DNA from: Candidatus Methylomirabilia bacterium
GTDB taxonomy: Bacteria > Methylomirabilota > Methylomirabilia > Rokubacteriales > CSP1-6
Reading direction: 5' to 3'
Length of the DNA: 64,000 nt
Assembly (NCBI GenBank): GCA_041496385.1
Contig: JBGQEL010000003.1
Coordinates: forward strand, 1-64,000
Position 1 is the stretch's first letter. Each line of letters starts with the position of its first letter. The notes under the pieces are model-generated. The model saw only the letters and a list, made by a program, of their open reading frames with translations, ran no database searches and had not been told where the DNA came from. The position numbers were made by a program, and so were the translations under genes. Positions 9,876 through 19,040 of this stretch are shown in pieces.

Positions 9876-9890
9876 GCAATTGATGCGCCA
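9876..9890 (-). promoter_or_regulatory. Predicted sigma54 -24/-12 promoter for the 9860-3439 module
   Basis: Minus strand TGGCGCATCAATTGC (GG-N10-GC) 15 nt upstream of the ATG; AT-rich IHF-like TTTCAAGCCTATG further upstream. Confidence 0.7.
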
Positions 9891-10021
9891 TCTGACATGC
9901 GCGGGCCCATAGGCTTGAAATGAAATGGCTTCTGGTGCATCGCTTGGGCCGACCGGCTCGGCTGACTGCACGACCGTGAGGGCAGGGTGCTGTTCGGTCC
10001 GGCAGCGGAGCGGCCGGTGAG

Positions 10022-10492
10022 GCTCTGGCCCGCGATCTAGGTGTACTCGGCTATGCGGGGCTGGCGCATCTGCGCCCGAGGAACAGGAGACCGAAGAACC
10101 CTGCTGAGGTTCTTCTCACCGCCCTAGCCCAGGACGATCTCGAAGCTCGCGTCGTCGCGGCCCTCCCCTGGCTCGTGCTGACGTTCTGGCCACTGGACCA
10201 GGGATGGTTGGTACGCGAGGTGAAACTCCGGGACTTGCAGAACCGGCTCGGCTTCATTGTCTCCCTGGCGCGTCAGCTTGCCGAGCGCGCAGGCGATCGG
10301 CCCAAGGCTCTGGCCTTGACAGATTTCGAGACCGTGCTCGAACGCAGCCGCCTCGTTCGCGAAGACACGTTGTGCAGGGCATCGCTCTCTGAGGCAGAGC
10401 GGCAATGGCTCGTCGCGCGCAGGCCCGCCGAAGCCCGGCACTGGAACGTCCTGACTGACTGGACGGCGGATGCCCTTCGTTACATCGCCTGA
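10022..10492 (+). pseudogene. 5'-truncated remnant resembling the C-terminal part of XRE-HTH regulator/antitoxin-like proteins
   Basis: ALARDLGVLGYAGLAHLRPRNRRPKNPAEVLLTALAQDDLEARVVAALPW...DLQNRLGF; frame closed by TGA 9977-9979, no HTH and no ATG start. Confidence 0.5.
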
Positions 10493-10561
10493 CCTCCGTC
10501 CACGCTGGCGTGAGTTTCTCGCAGAGGTAGATCAGCAACTTCCAGAACCCGTTCGGTTTCA

Positions 10562-10849
10562 TTGCCTCGGCAGATTCGTCCTCGCGGTCAGCGCATGACC
10601 GATCTCTTTCCGACTCGGTTTCAGAGACTCCGATCGTTCGAGATTGAAGCTCACGACTTGGCGCTATCGAAGCTCGCTCGAAATCACCCTATCGATCGCG
10701 AGGACGTTGCTCACCTGGCACGAGCGGCGCCCTTGGATCCTCACATTCTCCGGGCAGGCTATCGGCAGGAGCTCCGACCGATCATCATTGGTGACCGGGA
10801 GACACACGATCGAACGCTGGAGATGTGGATCGAATCGTACTTTCGATGA
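10562..10849 (+). pseudogene. C-terminal fragment resembling DUF6036-type nucleotidyltransferase
   Basis: HDLALSKLARNHPIDREDV...YRQELRP...TLEMWIE; N-terminal catalytic half absent. Confidence 0.55.
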
Positions 10850-10885
10850 TGACCCGACCCCGCACTCAGGCCGGGTTACTGACCG

Positions 10886-13372
10886 CTATCGCGTCGGGGC
10901 GGGGATCGGCGCTGGCGCCGCTGGCTGAGGCGCTGGCGGGGGCGGCGCGGCGGCCTCCGGGGCGGGCGTCGCGGGCGCGGGCTCGCCGCCGCTCGGGCTC
11001 GGGGCGGGAGCCCCGGGGGCCGGCGCGTTCGACGGCTGGCGCGGGGACCGCTTGATCGCGTCGTTCAGCTCCGGCGTCGCCCTGCGCATCTGGTCGGTGA
11101 TGTTCACGGCATCGAGCGCGGTGCCGATCACGCGCGGCGTGATGAGCATGAGCAGCTCCGTCTTCTCGACCTTCCGCCCCTTGAAGCCGAAGAAGAAGCC
11201 GATGATCGGGATGTTCTTGAGGAACGGGATCCCGATGTCGTCGATCGTCACCTTGTCCTGGAGGAGTCCCCCGAGCACGAGGGTCTGGTTGTTCAGGAGC
11301 ACCACGGAGGTCTCGGCCTCGCGCTTGTCGAACGACGGCGAGTTGGTCGGCGCAAAGTTCGGGCCGACGGCGTTGACCTCCTGCTTCACGTCGAGCGCGA
11401 CCGTGCCGCGCTCGCCGATGCGCGGCGTGACGGTGAGGATCACGCCCGCGTCCCGGTACTCGACCGTCTGGTTCACGCCGCCCGTCGCGATCGTCGTGCT
11501 CGTGGTCCCGGCCGTGGTGCCGGGGGTGCTCACGGCGCTCGTCTGCTGGCTCGTGATGATCGGCACCGACCGCGAGACGTTGATGACCGCCTTCTTGTTC
11601 TCGGAGGTCATCACGTGCGGGTTCGAGATGATGTTGATGCGGTTGTCGGTGGCCATCATGTTCATGATGGCGAAGAACCGCTCGCTCTGGAATGTGAACG
11701 CGGTGAGCCCTGCGCCGATCGGGCCGAAGAAGGTCCCCAGCCCCGGCGACGGGATGGACATGTTCGGCGCCACGAGCGCGCCGGTCGAGGTGCCGCCCGG
11801 ACCCGACGCGGTCGGAAGCGCGCCCGAGACGCCGAGGTTGGTCGTGGCGTTGGCGAGGCCGACCTTGCCGGTGCGGAGCGCCCAGTCGATGCCCAGGCGG
11901 GTGTCGTCGGTGAGGGTGATCTCGGCCACGAGCACCTCGATCAGCACCTGGCGCGGCATCTTGTCGAGCTGCTTGATCGTCCCCTCGATCTCCTGCCAGA
12001 GGCGGGGGTAGGTGGTGACGATGATCGAGTTCGTCACCTCGTCGGCGATGAAGCGCACCTGGCCCTCGGCGAAGCTCGCGTCGCCCACGGACGCCACGGG
12101 GCCGCCGGCGCCCGTCGGCGGGGGCGGCGTCGGGGGGAGCGGCGGGGGCGCGGTCCCGGCCGGCGGGCGGCCGGTCGTCCCCGTCGTCTGGGTGCCCGCC
12201 AGCGCCTCCCGGCCGTAGATCGCGTTGAGCGTGGCGGAGAGGTCCTTGGCCTTGGTGTTCTCCGCGTAGTAGATGAACACGCGCCGCGCCCCGTAGATGT
12301 TCACGTCGAGCTGCGCGATGAGGCGCCGGATCGTCTCCAGCTCGTGCTTCTTGGCGTGGATGATGAGCGAGTTCGAGCGCTGCTCGGGCAGGATGAGCGG
12401 CTGGCGCTCGGCGGTGGCCCCGGGCTGCTGCGGCGCGCCGGGGCCGAGTGGCGCCACCACGCCGGGCTGCGGTGGCGCGGCCAGCGTCGCGGGCACCCCC
12501 GGCACGGGCGTCAGCGCGCGGATGCGCCCGCTCGCGAAGAGCTGGTTCAGGATCTGCGCGAGCTGGGTCGCGTCGGCGAACCGGATGGGGACGATCTGCA
12601 GCTCTTCCTGCGCCACCTGCACGTCCACGAGCCGCACGATGTCGAGCAGGCGCGACAGGTTGGACGCCGTGTCGGTGATGATGAGCACGTTCGTCTCCCG
12701 GTGGGCGATGAGCGTGCCGCGCGTCGAGATGAGCGGGCGCAGGAGCGAGGAGAGGTCGGTCACCGACGAGAAGCGCAGCGGGATGATCTGCGTGATGATC
12801 TCGTCCGTCGTGCGGTTCGGGTCGGGGTCCCGGCCGACGATCGTCGGCACCGCGCGCTCGCGCGCGCCCTCGATGCGCATGATCTTGTAGAGGCTGCCGG
12901 CCTTGATCGCGGTGAAGCCGTGGACCTCGAGGATGGCGAGCAGGACGCCGAACACGTCCTCCTGCGGGATGCGTCCGGAGGTCTGCACGGTGACCTTGCC
13001 GCGCACGTCGGGCGCCAGCACGTAGTTGAAGCCGACGATCTCGCTCGCCGCCTGGATGATCGTCTCGATGTCGGCGTTGTCGAAGTTGAGCACGATGAGG
13101 CGCCCGCGCTGCGCCGGCGGCACCTCGGGCGTGGTCCGCGGCGGCGGGGGCGGTAGCGGCGCGGCGGGCTCGGACACCTTCGGCGCCTCGGCGACCGGCG
13201 CGTCCGCGCGCGGGCCGATGGACGCGGGCGGCACCGGCGGCAGCGGCGTGGGTGACGGCGGCGGGGGCGCCAGGGCCAGCGGCGCGGAGGGCGGCGTCGG
13301 CTTCCTGGCGGGGGCGGCGCAGCCCGCGACGAGCGCCAGGAGCGTGAGGAGGGCGGTCGCGCGCCTCAGCAT
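10886..13372 (-). CDS. gspD: Type II secretion secretin GspD (lipoprotein)
   Basis: LNFDNADI N0 domain, QVLIEVLVAEI, PFLKNIPIIGFFF, TELLMLITPRV; lipobox VAGC. Confidence 0.95.
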   Translation of the reverse strand: MLRRATALLTLLALVAGCAAPARKPTPPSAPLALAPPPPSPTPLPPVPPASIGPRADAPVAEAPKVSEPAAPLPPPPPRTTPEVPPAQRGRLIVLNFDNADIETIIQAASEIVGFNYVLAPDVRGKVTVQTSGRIPQEDVFGVLLAILEVHGFTAIKAGSLYKIMRIEGARERAVPTIVGRDPDPNRTTDEIITQIIPLRFSSVTDLSSLLRPLISTRGTLIAHRETNVLIITDTASNLSRLLDIVRLVDVQVAQEELQIVPIRFADATQLAQILNQLFASGRIRALTPVPGVPATLAAPPQPGVVAPLGPGAPQQPGATAERQPLILPEQRSNSLIIHAKKHELETIRRLIAQLDVNIYGARRVFIYYAENTKAKDLSATLNAIYGREALAGTQTTGTTGRPPAGTAPPPLPPTPPPPTGAGGPVASVGDASFAEGQVRFIADEVTNSIIVTTYPRLWQEIEGTIKQLDKMPRQVLIEVLVAEITLTDDTRLGIDWALRTGKVGLANATTNLGVSGALPTASGPGGTSTGALVAPNMSIPSPGLGTFFGPIGAGLTAFTFQSERFFAIMNMMATDNRINIISNPHVMTSENKKAVINVSRSVPIITSQQTSAVSTPGTTAGTTSTTIATGGVNQTVEYRDAGVILTVTPRIGERGTVALDVKQEVNAVGPNFAPTNSPSFDKREAETSVVLLNNQTLVLGGLLQDKVTIDDIGIPFLKNIPIIGFFFGFKGRKVEKTELLMLITPRVIGTALDAVNITDQMRRATPELNDAIKRSPRQPSNAPAPGAPAPSPSGGEPAPATPAPEAAAPPPPAPQPAAPAPIPAPTR

Positions 13373-13373
13373 G

Positions 13374-14090
13374 CTAGTCGCGCCCCTGGGCACCGCCCAA
13401 GGGTGGCGCCGGCAACGGGCGGCCGAGGCTCGGCGACGGGCGCCGGCCCGGCAGGACGAAAGGGCCCACCATCGTGCCGGGCGCGCCGGGCTCGAGCTGG
13501 GTCTGCGGCGCGCGCGGAACCACGCCCGGCTGCAGCACGCCGCCCGGCGCGACGATGGTCGGGGGTGTGGCGGTGCCGGGTGGGGCGCCCGCGGGCTGCA
13601 CGGCGGGCGGGGCGGGCCGCGGCTTCGACGGGTCGCGCAGCCGTACGTCCATCGCGCCGTCGGGGCGCGCGATGATCACGCGATCCGCGCTGATCGTCTG
13701 CACGGTGCCGCCGGCGATCGCGTCGCCCACGCGGTAGCCGGCCACGCGCTTGGTCATCGGGTCCTCGAGGTAGGCGATCGACGTCTGGTCGCGGAGCACG
13801 ATGCCGTGCAGGTTGGGCTTCGCCGCGGTGAGCGCGCCGGCGACGAGGCTCGGTGCCGTCTCGGTGCGCGTCGAGCTGAAGAGATTGCGCGCGGCGATGA
13901 CGTTGTAGGCGGCGGCGGGCGGCCGCGCGGGCTCGTCGGAGGCCTGGGCGGGTGCGGCCGCGGGTGCCGGCGGGCGCGGGCGCGCCGGGGCCGCCGGCCA
14001 GGGTGCCATGAGCTCCCAGACGACGAAGCCGGCGCACGCGAGCGAGGCGGCACCGAGCAGGGCGTTGAGAAGGAGCAGGCGTCTGGACAC
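13374..14090 (-). CDS. gspC: T2SS GspC-like protein (TM plus HR domain, Pro-rich, no PDZ)
   Basis: TM, RNLF, LHGIV..AYLE..YRVGDAI..ISADRVII; position before gspD. Confidence 0.7.
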   Translation of the reverse strand: MSRRLLLLNALLGAASLACAGFVVWELMAPWPAAPARPRPPAPAAAPAQASDEPARPPAAAYNVIAARNLFSSTRTETAPSLVAGALTAAKPNLHGIVLRDQTSIAYLEDPMTKRVAGYRVGDAIAGGTVQTISADRVIIARPDGAMDVRLRDPSKPRPAPPAVQPAGAPPGTATPPTIVAPGGVLQPGVVPRAPQTQLEPGAPGTMVGPFVLPGRRPSPSLGRPLPAPPLGGAQGRD

Positions 14091-14095
14091 GCGGC

Positions 14096-14665
14096 TCAGG
14101 TCTTCGTCTTGCCGGGCAGGATGAAACCCGACAGCGTCAGTGTCGCGAGGAGCTCCTTCGGCTGGCTCACATTCACGACGCGAACCCGCAGGTCCTGCAG
14201 GGTCAGGAGCTTCGGCGCGCTCTCGAGCCGGGCCAGGAGGTCCACGAGCTGGCGGATCTCGCCCGACACGGCGATCTCCACGGGGATCTCGACCAGGTCG
14301 CCGCGCTCGGCCGTCGGCAGGATGCGCTCGCTGCGCACTTCCGTCTTTGCCTGCGCGGCCAGGTCCTTGACGATCTTCTGCAGCTCGGAGGCCGCGACCG
14401 CGGGCGTCGCCGCGGTGAGCAGACGCGCCGAGAGCGTCGCCACCCGCGCGTTCGCCGCCTCAAGCTCGGCGGTGATCGCAGCCTTGCGCGTGATGAGGTC
14501 GCGCCGCTTCAGGAGGACTTGCTCGCGCGCCGGCACCATCTCCGCCGCCGAGCGGTTGGCCGCGAGGATCGGCTCGATGACGATCGCCCAGAGGCCGACC
14601 ACGGCGGCGACGGCGAGCCCGGCGCCGATGATCGTCCGCTCGCGGCGCGAGAGGTTGCCGATCAC
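14096..14665 (-). CDS. gspM: T2SS protein GspM
   Basis: LSRRERTII plus TM, coiled coil, ferredoxin-like C-terminus; GTG overlaps the gspL stop. Confidence 0.8.
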   Translation of the reverse strand: MIGNLSRRERTIIGAGLAVAAVVGLWAIVIEPILAANRSAAEMVPAREQVLLKRRDLITRKAAITAELEAANARVATLSARLLTAATPAVAASELQKIVKDLAAQAKTEVRSERILPTAERGDLVEIPVEIAVSGEIRQLVDLLARLESAPKLLTLQDLRVRVVNVSQPKELLATLTLSGFILPGKTKT

Positions 14666-16143
14666 CGGTGCTTCTCGCTGTTCGTGGACGGGATACGCGG
14701 CGGCGGCGATGCGGGCGGCGTGGCCGCGGCCGGCGGCGCCGGCGCCACGGCGGCCGGAGTCCGGGCGGTGGGCGCGGCGCCGGCCGGGGCCGCGGCCCCG
14801 GGCTTGGCCGCCGCCGGAACCTCCCACGCGGCGCGGATGCGGAACTGCTCCTTGTCGCGGCCGCGCGTGACGGGCGAGGCGAACTCGGCGCGCTCGAGCC
14901 GCGGTGAGTTCTCGAGGAGCGGGATGAGCAGGCTGGCCTGGGAGGCCTGGCCCGTCAGCTCCACGCCCTTGGTGTCGAACGAGAGCATCGTGAGCCACGC
15001 GTCGTTGGGCAGGATCTCGGTCAGCTCGCGCAGCACCGGCAGCGCCCGGACCGCGCTGGTCTCCAGGCCGGAGACGGTCGCGAGGAGCTGGCGCTTGCCC
15101 TCGAGGTCGCGGAGCACGCGCTCGACCGAGCGCACCTCGGTATCGATGCGGGTCAACTCGGCGTTGAGCGCGTTCAGCCGCCGGTGCTCGCGCACGCCCG
15201 GCGTGAGCAGCGCGCCCAGGCCCAGCAGGAGGGTCGCCGCGGCCATGCCGACCGTGACCCACTGCTGCCTCGTGAGCCGCCGCGGCTTCAGCGCCGGCGG
15301 GATGAGGTCGAGCGGCCTGACGCCGCGGCCCGACGCGACGGCGAGCGCCAGCTCCATGTCGCCGCGTGGTCCCTCGCCGAGCGCGGCCAGACGCTGGCGC
15401 GCGCGCGCCGTGTACGGCGGCTCGGTGACGGGGGTGTCGAGCGCGGCCAGCGGGCCGGCGAGCGCCGGCGGATCGTCGCCTGATACCCAGACGGCGTCGC
15501 ACCCGCGCCAGCGCGCAACGGTGAAGCTGCGGCGGACCTCGCCGGCCAGCGTCGTCGCGTCCGCGGCCGACACCGTGCGGCTGCCGACGAGATCGGCGCC
15601 GCTGAGGAGCAGCAGGTCCGCCGTGTCGCCCGCACGGTGGACCCAGACGACGCGCTGTCGCGGCTCCGGCCGCACCAGCGCCAGGAGATCGTGAGCGGCG
15701 ACGGTCACCGAGACGGGCCGGAGCTTGGCCTCCTCGGCGAGCCGGAGCGCGGCGTCCACGATGCGGCGGTCGGCGGCGGCCACCAGCACGCGCTTGGCGT
15801 CGGTCGGCTGGCCGGGCTCACCGTCGAGCGGCAGCGGCAGGAAGTCGTAGGGCGCGTCGTCGGCCGGGAAGGGCAGGTGCCGCTCCAGCTCGAATCGCAC
15901 CATGTCGTGCACCTGTCCCGGCGCCGGCGGCAACTCGATCGGTTTCACGGTCACCGAGGCCCGGGCCAGGCCGAGTGCGACGCTCCGCGCCGAGACACCG
16001 CGCGAGTCCAGCTCGGCGCGCAGCGCCGCCGCGGGGTTCTCCGCCTGGACGACGAACGTATCCACCCGGTTTTGCTGGATGACGGCGCCGATGAGCCGGT
16101 CACCCAGGACGACGACGGCGAGCCGGGCAGGGGCCCACTTCAT
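14662..16143 (-). CDS. gspL: T2SS protein GspL (PilM/PilN-like)
   Basis: VRFELERHLPF actin-like domain, LDLIP, TM, LRELTEILPNDAWL..LTGQA PilN domain. Confidence 0.8.
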   Translation of the reverse strand: MKWAPARLAVVVLGDRLIGAVIQQNRVDTFVVQAENPAAALRAELDSRGVSARSVALGLARASVTVKPIELPPAPGQVHDMVRFELERHLPFPADDAPYDFLPLPLDGEPGQPTDAKRVLVAAADRRIVDAALRLAEEAKLRPVSVTVAAHDLLALVRPEPRQRVVWVHRAGDTADLLLLSGADLVGSRTVSAADATTLAGEVRRSFTVARWRGCDAVWVSGDDPPALAGPLAALDTPVTEPPYTARARQRLAALGEGPRGDMELALAVASGRGVRPLDLIPPALKPRRLTRQQWVTVGMAAATLLLGLGALLTPGVREHRRLNALNAELTRIDTEVRSVERVLRDLEGKRQLLATVSGLETSAVRALPVLRELTEILPNDAWLTMLSFDTKGVELTGQASQASLLIPLLENSPRLERAEFASPVTRGRDKEQFRIRAAWEVPAAAKPGAAAPAGAAPTARTPAAVAPAPPAAATPPASPPPRIPSTNSEKHR

Positions 16144-16209
16144 CCCCAGGGACGACAATTTCACGGCTATAAGGTAAGCGAGCGCCACCCGGACTACAAC
16201 AAATCGTGG

Positions 16210-17130
16210 TCAGCGGACGCCGGACCACGCCAGGATGGCGACCGACGGCGGCGCCCCGGGGCGCTTCTGGATCACCGCGGTCAGGCGCGCGGCGACCCGT
16301 CCGTCCACGATGCCCTCGGCTTCCACCCGGAAGGTGCGCGTTGAGACGCCGAGGCCGCGGGCGCCGAACTGGCCCGGCACCTGGTTGTAGGGGCCGATCG
16401 CGCGCGTCTGGAGGATCTGGGTGATCTCCGCGTCGGACAGTCCGAGCGCCACGAACACCGCCGGCGAGGCCGTGTTGACGTTGACCGGGCCCGCCGCCTT
16501 GACGGAGACGAAGTCGGCCAGGCCGGGCCTGCCCTCGGTGCCGGCGTAGATCTCGGGCGTGACGCCCCGGATCTGCAGGAGCTCGGCGACCGACTCGAGG
16601 TTCGCGTTGCGCGAGCGGTACGGCACCGGCAGCGCCAGGTAGTAGTCGCTCTCCGCGCCGTTGAGGCGGTGCTCCTCGTTGGAGTCGCGCCAGTCCTGGA
16701 GCGAGTCGCCGATGACGTCGCGCACGGTCCGCTCGAGGCCGAGCTTGACGAGCAGGCGCTCGATCCGGTCCGGGGGCGAGTTGTTGATGTTGATGCGCGC
16801 CTCCTCGTCCATGATCCGGTAGGAGAACCGGCCGCCGGCGAGCTCCACCTTCTCGCGCGGCAGGTGCGGGAGCGCGAGGCGGTTGTTGTCGTAGAAGGTG
16901 AGCAGCCCCTTCTCGTCGAGGCTCACGAAGGCCGATTCGGCGACGATCTCGCGCGTGGCCTGCGCCAGCCCGGCCTCGGCGAGGTGCGCCCCGATGATCC
17001 CCGCCTTGTAGGCGCGCACGGCCGCGGCCTCCAGGCGCATCGAGTACGCGAACTCCGCGCCGATGACCCCGACGAGCGCCATGACCAGGAGCACGACGAT
17101 CAGCGCGAAGCCCCGCTCGTCGCGCCTCAT
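16210..17130 (-). CDS. gspK: T2SS minor pseudopilin GspK
   Basis: RGFALIVVL, DEEARININ, DWRD, ELLQIRGVT, VNVNTAS. Confidence 0.9.
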   Translation of the reverse strand: MRRDERGFALIVVLLVMALVGVIGAEFAYSMRLEAAAVRAYKAGIIGAHLAEAGLAQATREIVAESAFVSLDEKGLLTFYDNNRLALPHLPREKVELAGGRFSYRIMDEEARININNSPPDRIERLLVKLGLERTVRDVIGDSLQDWRDSNEEHRLNGAESDYYLALPVPYRSRNANLESVAELLQIRGVTPEIYAGTEGRPGLADFVSVKAAGPVNVNTASPAVFVALGLSDAEITQILQTRAIGPYNQVPGQFGARGLGVSTRTFRVEAEGIVDGRVAARLTAVIQKRPGAPPSVAILAWSGVR

Positions 17131-17750
17131 TCGCCCGCGATCTCCCCGACGCGCAGCGGCACCGTGAGGGGCGGGAGCGTTCGCGTCTGGCCGTTGAGGG
17201 TCGTGCCGACGGTGATGCGCACGGCCTTCGGCGCGGCGTTGTCCTTCTGCCCGTCCCACGCGTCGACCCAGGCGCCGTTCTCGTCCATGTAGCTGAAGAC
17301 GAGCGAGGTGACGGCCGGGTCGTGGAGCACGTCGACCGCGTCGGTGAACGGGTTCCGGTTGGGCAGCGGGCGCTCCCGGATCATGAGTCCCGCGCGCTCG
17401 CCGCCGGCGTCGAGCGAGATCGTGACGGCCGTGAACGCGATGGGCACGGCGAAGGGCGACGGCGGCGCCTGCGTGACGAACTCGAGCCGCGTCTCGCTGC
17501 CGAAGAAGAGGATCACCGACTCCGGGGTCTCGCTGCGCGCGCCCATGTAGGGGTAGGCGGCGCCGATCGCGCGGGCCAGCGAGAGCGCGACGCCGCGCAC
17601 GTGCTGGTGCGCCTCGGCGCGGTCCTCACCCTGGCGCCACGAGGCGAGCGCGACGCGGAGGCCGCCGAACGCGATGACGAGCACGGCGCCGACGATCGTG
17701 AGCGCGATCAGCACCTCGAGCAGCGTGAAGCCGCGCTGGACGCGCGTCAT
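17127..17750 (-). CDS. gspJ: T2SS minor pseudopilin GspJ
   Basis: Prepilin motif RGFTLLEVL; operon position. Confidence 0.8.
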   Translation of the reverse strand: MTRVQRGFTLLEVLIALTIVGAVLVIAFGGLRVALASWRQGEDRAEAHQHVRGVALSLARAIGAAYPYMGARSETPESVILFFGSETRLEFVTQAPPSPFAVPIAFTAVTISLDAGGERAGLMIRERPLPNRNPFTDAVDVLHDPAVTSLVFSYMDENGAWVDAWDGQKDNAAPKAVRITVGTTLNGQTRTLPPLTVPLRVGEIAGE

Positions 17751-18175
17751 CGCGTGGTCCCGGGCGGCGTCGCGACCCCGGCCAGCGGCTTCTGGGCCGA
17801 GACGCGGAGCGTGACGAGCTCGACGTGCTGCGTGTCGCTCCAGCCGACCTTGACCGCGATCCGGTAGACCCGCCACGCCTCGGTGGCGGGCACCCGCGCC
17901 AGCTCCGGCGTCGGATCGATGCTGATCGTCCGCTCCCACGCGAACGGCCCCTCCGTCCCGGACTCCTTCTTCTCGGCCAGGACCACCACCTCGCGGACCT
18001 TCTGGTCGGCGAAGAGCATCGCCTGCTGGTGGTCGCCGGCGAGCTTGAGCAGCCGGAGCCCCTGGGCGAAGCCCTGGATGGACGCCACGATCGCGATGCT
18101 CAGGATCGCGAACGCGACGAGCACCTCGAGCAGCGTGAAGCCGGCCTCCGCGCGGGCGCCTCGCGGCGCGCTCAT
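17747..18175 (-). CDS. gspI: T2SS minor pseudopilin GspI
   Basis: AGFTLLEVL; operon position. Confidence 0.8.
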   Translation of the reverse strand: MSAPRGARAEAGFTLLEVLVAFAILSIAIVASIQGFAQGLRLLKLAGDHQQAMLFADQKVREVVVLAEKKESGTEGPFAWERTISIDPTPELARVPATEAWRVYRIAVKVGWSDTQHVELVTLRVSAQKPLAGVATPPGTTR

Positions 18176-18621
18176 TCCCGGGCGCTCCGGACGCGGCCGG
18201 TGATCGGATCCACCGTGACGCGGTACGCGGTGGCGCCGGTGGCGAGCCGGTACTCGCCGCCCGTGGACCGACCCTCGGGCTCGAAGCGGACCGTGAGCGC
18301 GCTCGGCGTGGCCGGGTCGATCACGAGGCGCTCGGAGAAGACGCGCGTGCGCCGGATCTCGCCCTCGCCCGCCACGATCGTCAGCCGGCGCGCGCCCGGC
18401 TCGACGACGACCCGGAGCGCCTCCCCGCGCGTGATGGCCTGCTCGCGCGCGTGCCGGAAGAACGAGGAGAAGCCCGCGACGTCGGCGCGGGCCCGCAGGC
18501 CGTCGGTGCTCCGGCCGATGGCGGGGCCGACCACCCCGACCGCCAGCGCGATCACGAAGAGGGTGACGATCAGCTCGAGGAGCGTGAACCCGCGCGCGCC
18601 TACTTCTGCGCGCTGTCCCAT
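18172..18621 (-). CDS. gspH: T2SS minor pseudopilin GspH
   Basis: RGFTLLEL; AREQAI; RFEPEGRSTGG; VDPITGRV. Confidence 0.82.
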   Translation of the reverse strand: MGQRAEVGARGFTLLELIVTLFVIALAVGVVGPAIGRSTDGLRARADVAGFSSFFRHAREQAITRGEALRVVVEPGARRLTIVAGEGEIRRTRVFSERLVIDPATPSALTVRFEPEGRSTGGEYRLATGATAYRVTVDPITGRVRSARE

Positions 18622-19040
18622 GACGTGACGTCGGCGTTCTCGCCGTCGCCGCCGGGCTGGCCGTCGGCGCCCTCGGACCAGAGGTCGTAATCGCCGTTCT
18701 GTCCGGGGCAACAGCGGAACTTGTACAGGTTGCCCCACGGATCCTTGGGCACGGCCTTCTTGAGGTAGGGGCCGTTCCAGGTGGTGACGCCCGGGTTGCG
18801 CTGGAGCGAATCGAGCCCCTGCGCCGTCGTCGGGTAGGAGCCGACGTCGAGCCGGTACTGGTCGAGCCCCGCGCCGAGCAGCTCGATCTGCGCGCGCGCG
18901 GCCGCCTGCTTGGACTGGCCGACGCGGCCGAAGAGGCGCGGGCCCACGAGGCCCACGAGCAGGCCCAGGACGATGATGACGACGAGGAGCTCGATCAGCG
19001 TGAACCCGCGCTCGTCGCGGAGGAGCCGCGGGCGTCTCAT
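18600..19040 (-). CDS. gspG: T2SS major pseudopilin GspG
   Basis: RGFTLIELL, YRLDVGSYPTTAQGL, WNGPYL, KDPWGN, GADGQPGG. Confidence 0.95.
   Translation of the reverse strand: MRRPRLLRDERGFTLIELLVVIIVLGLLVGLVGPRLFGRVGQSKQAAARAQIELLGAGLDQYRLDVGSYPTTAQGLDSLQRNPGVTTWNGPYLKKAVPKDPWGNLYKFRCCPGQNGDYDLWSEGADGQPGGDGENADVTSWDSAQK

Noticed and set aside
3424..10875. Direct-repeat att sites flanking the 3.4-10.9 kb insert (ccgccccgctgactca vs ccgaccccgcactca)
   Set aside because: Short, gapped, GC-rich similarity; no integrase or tRNA
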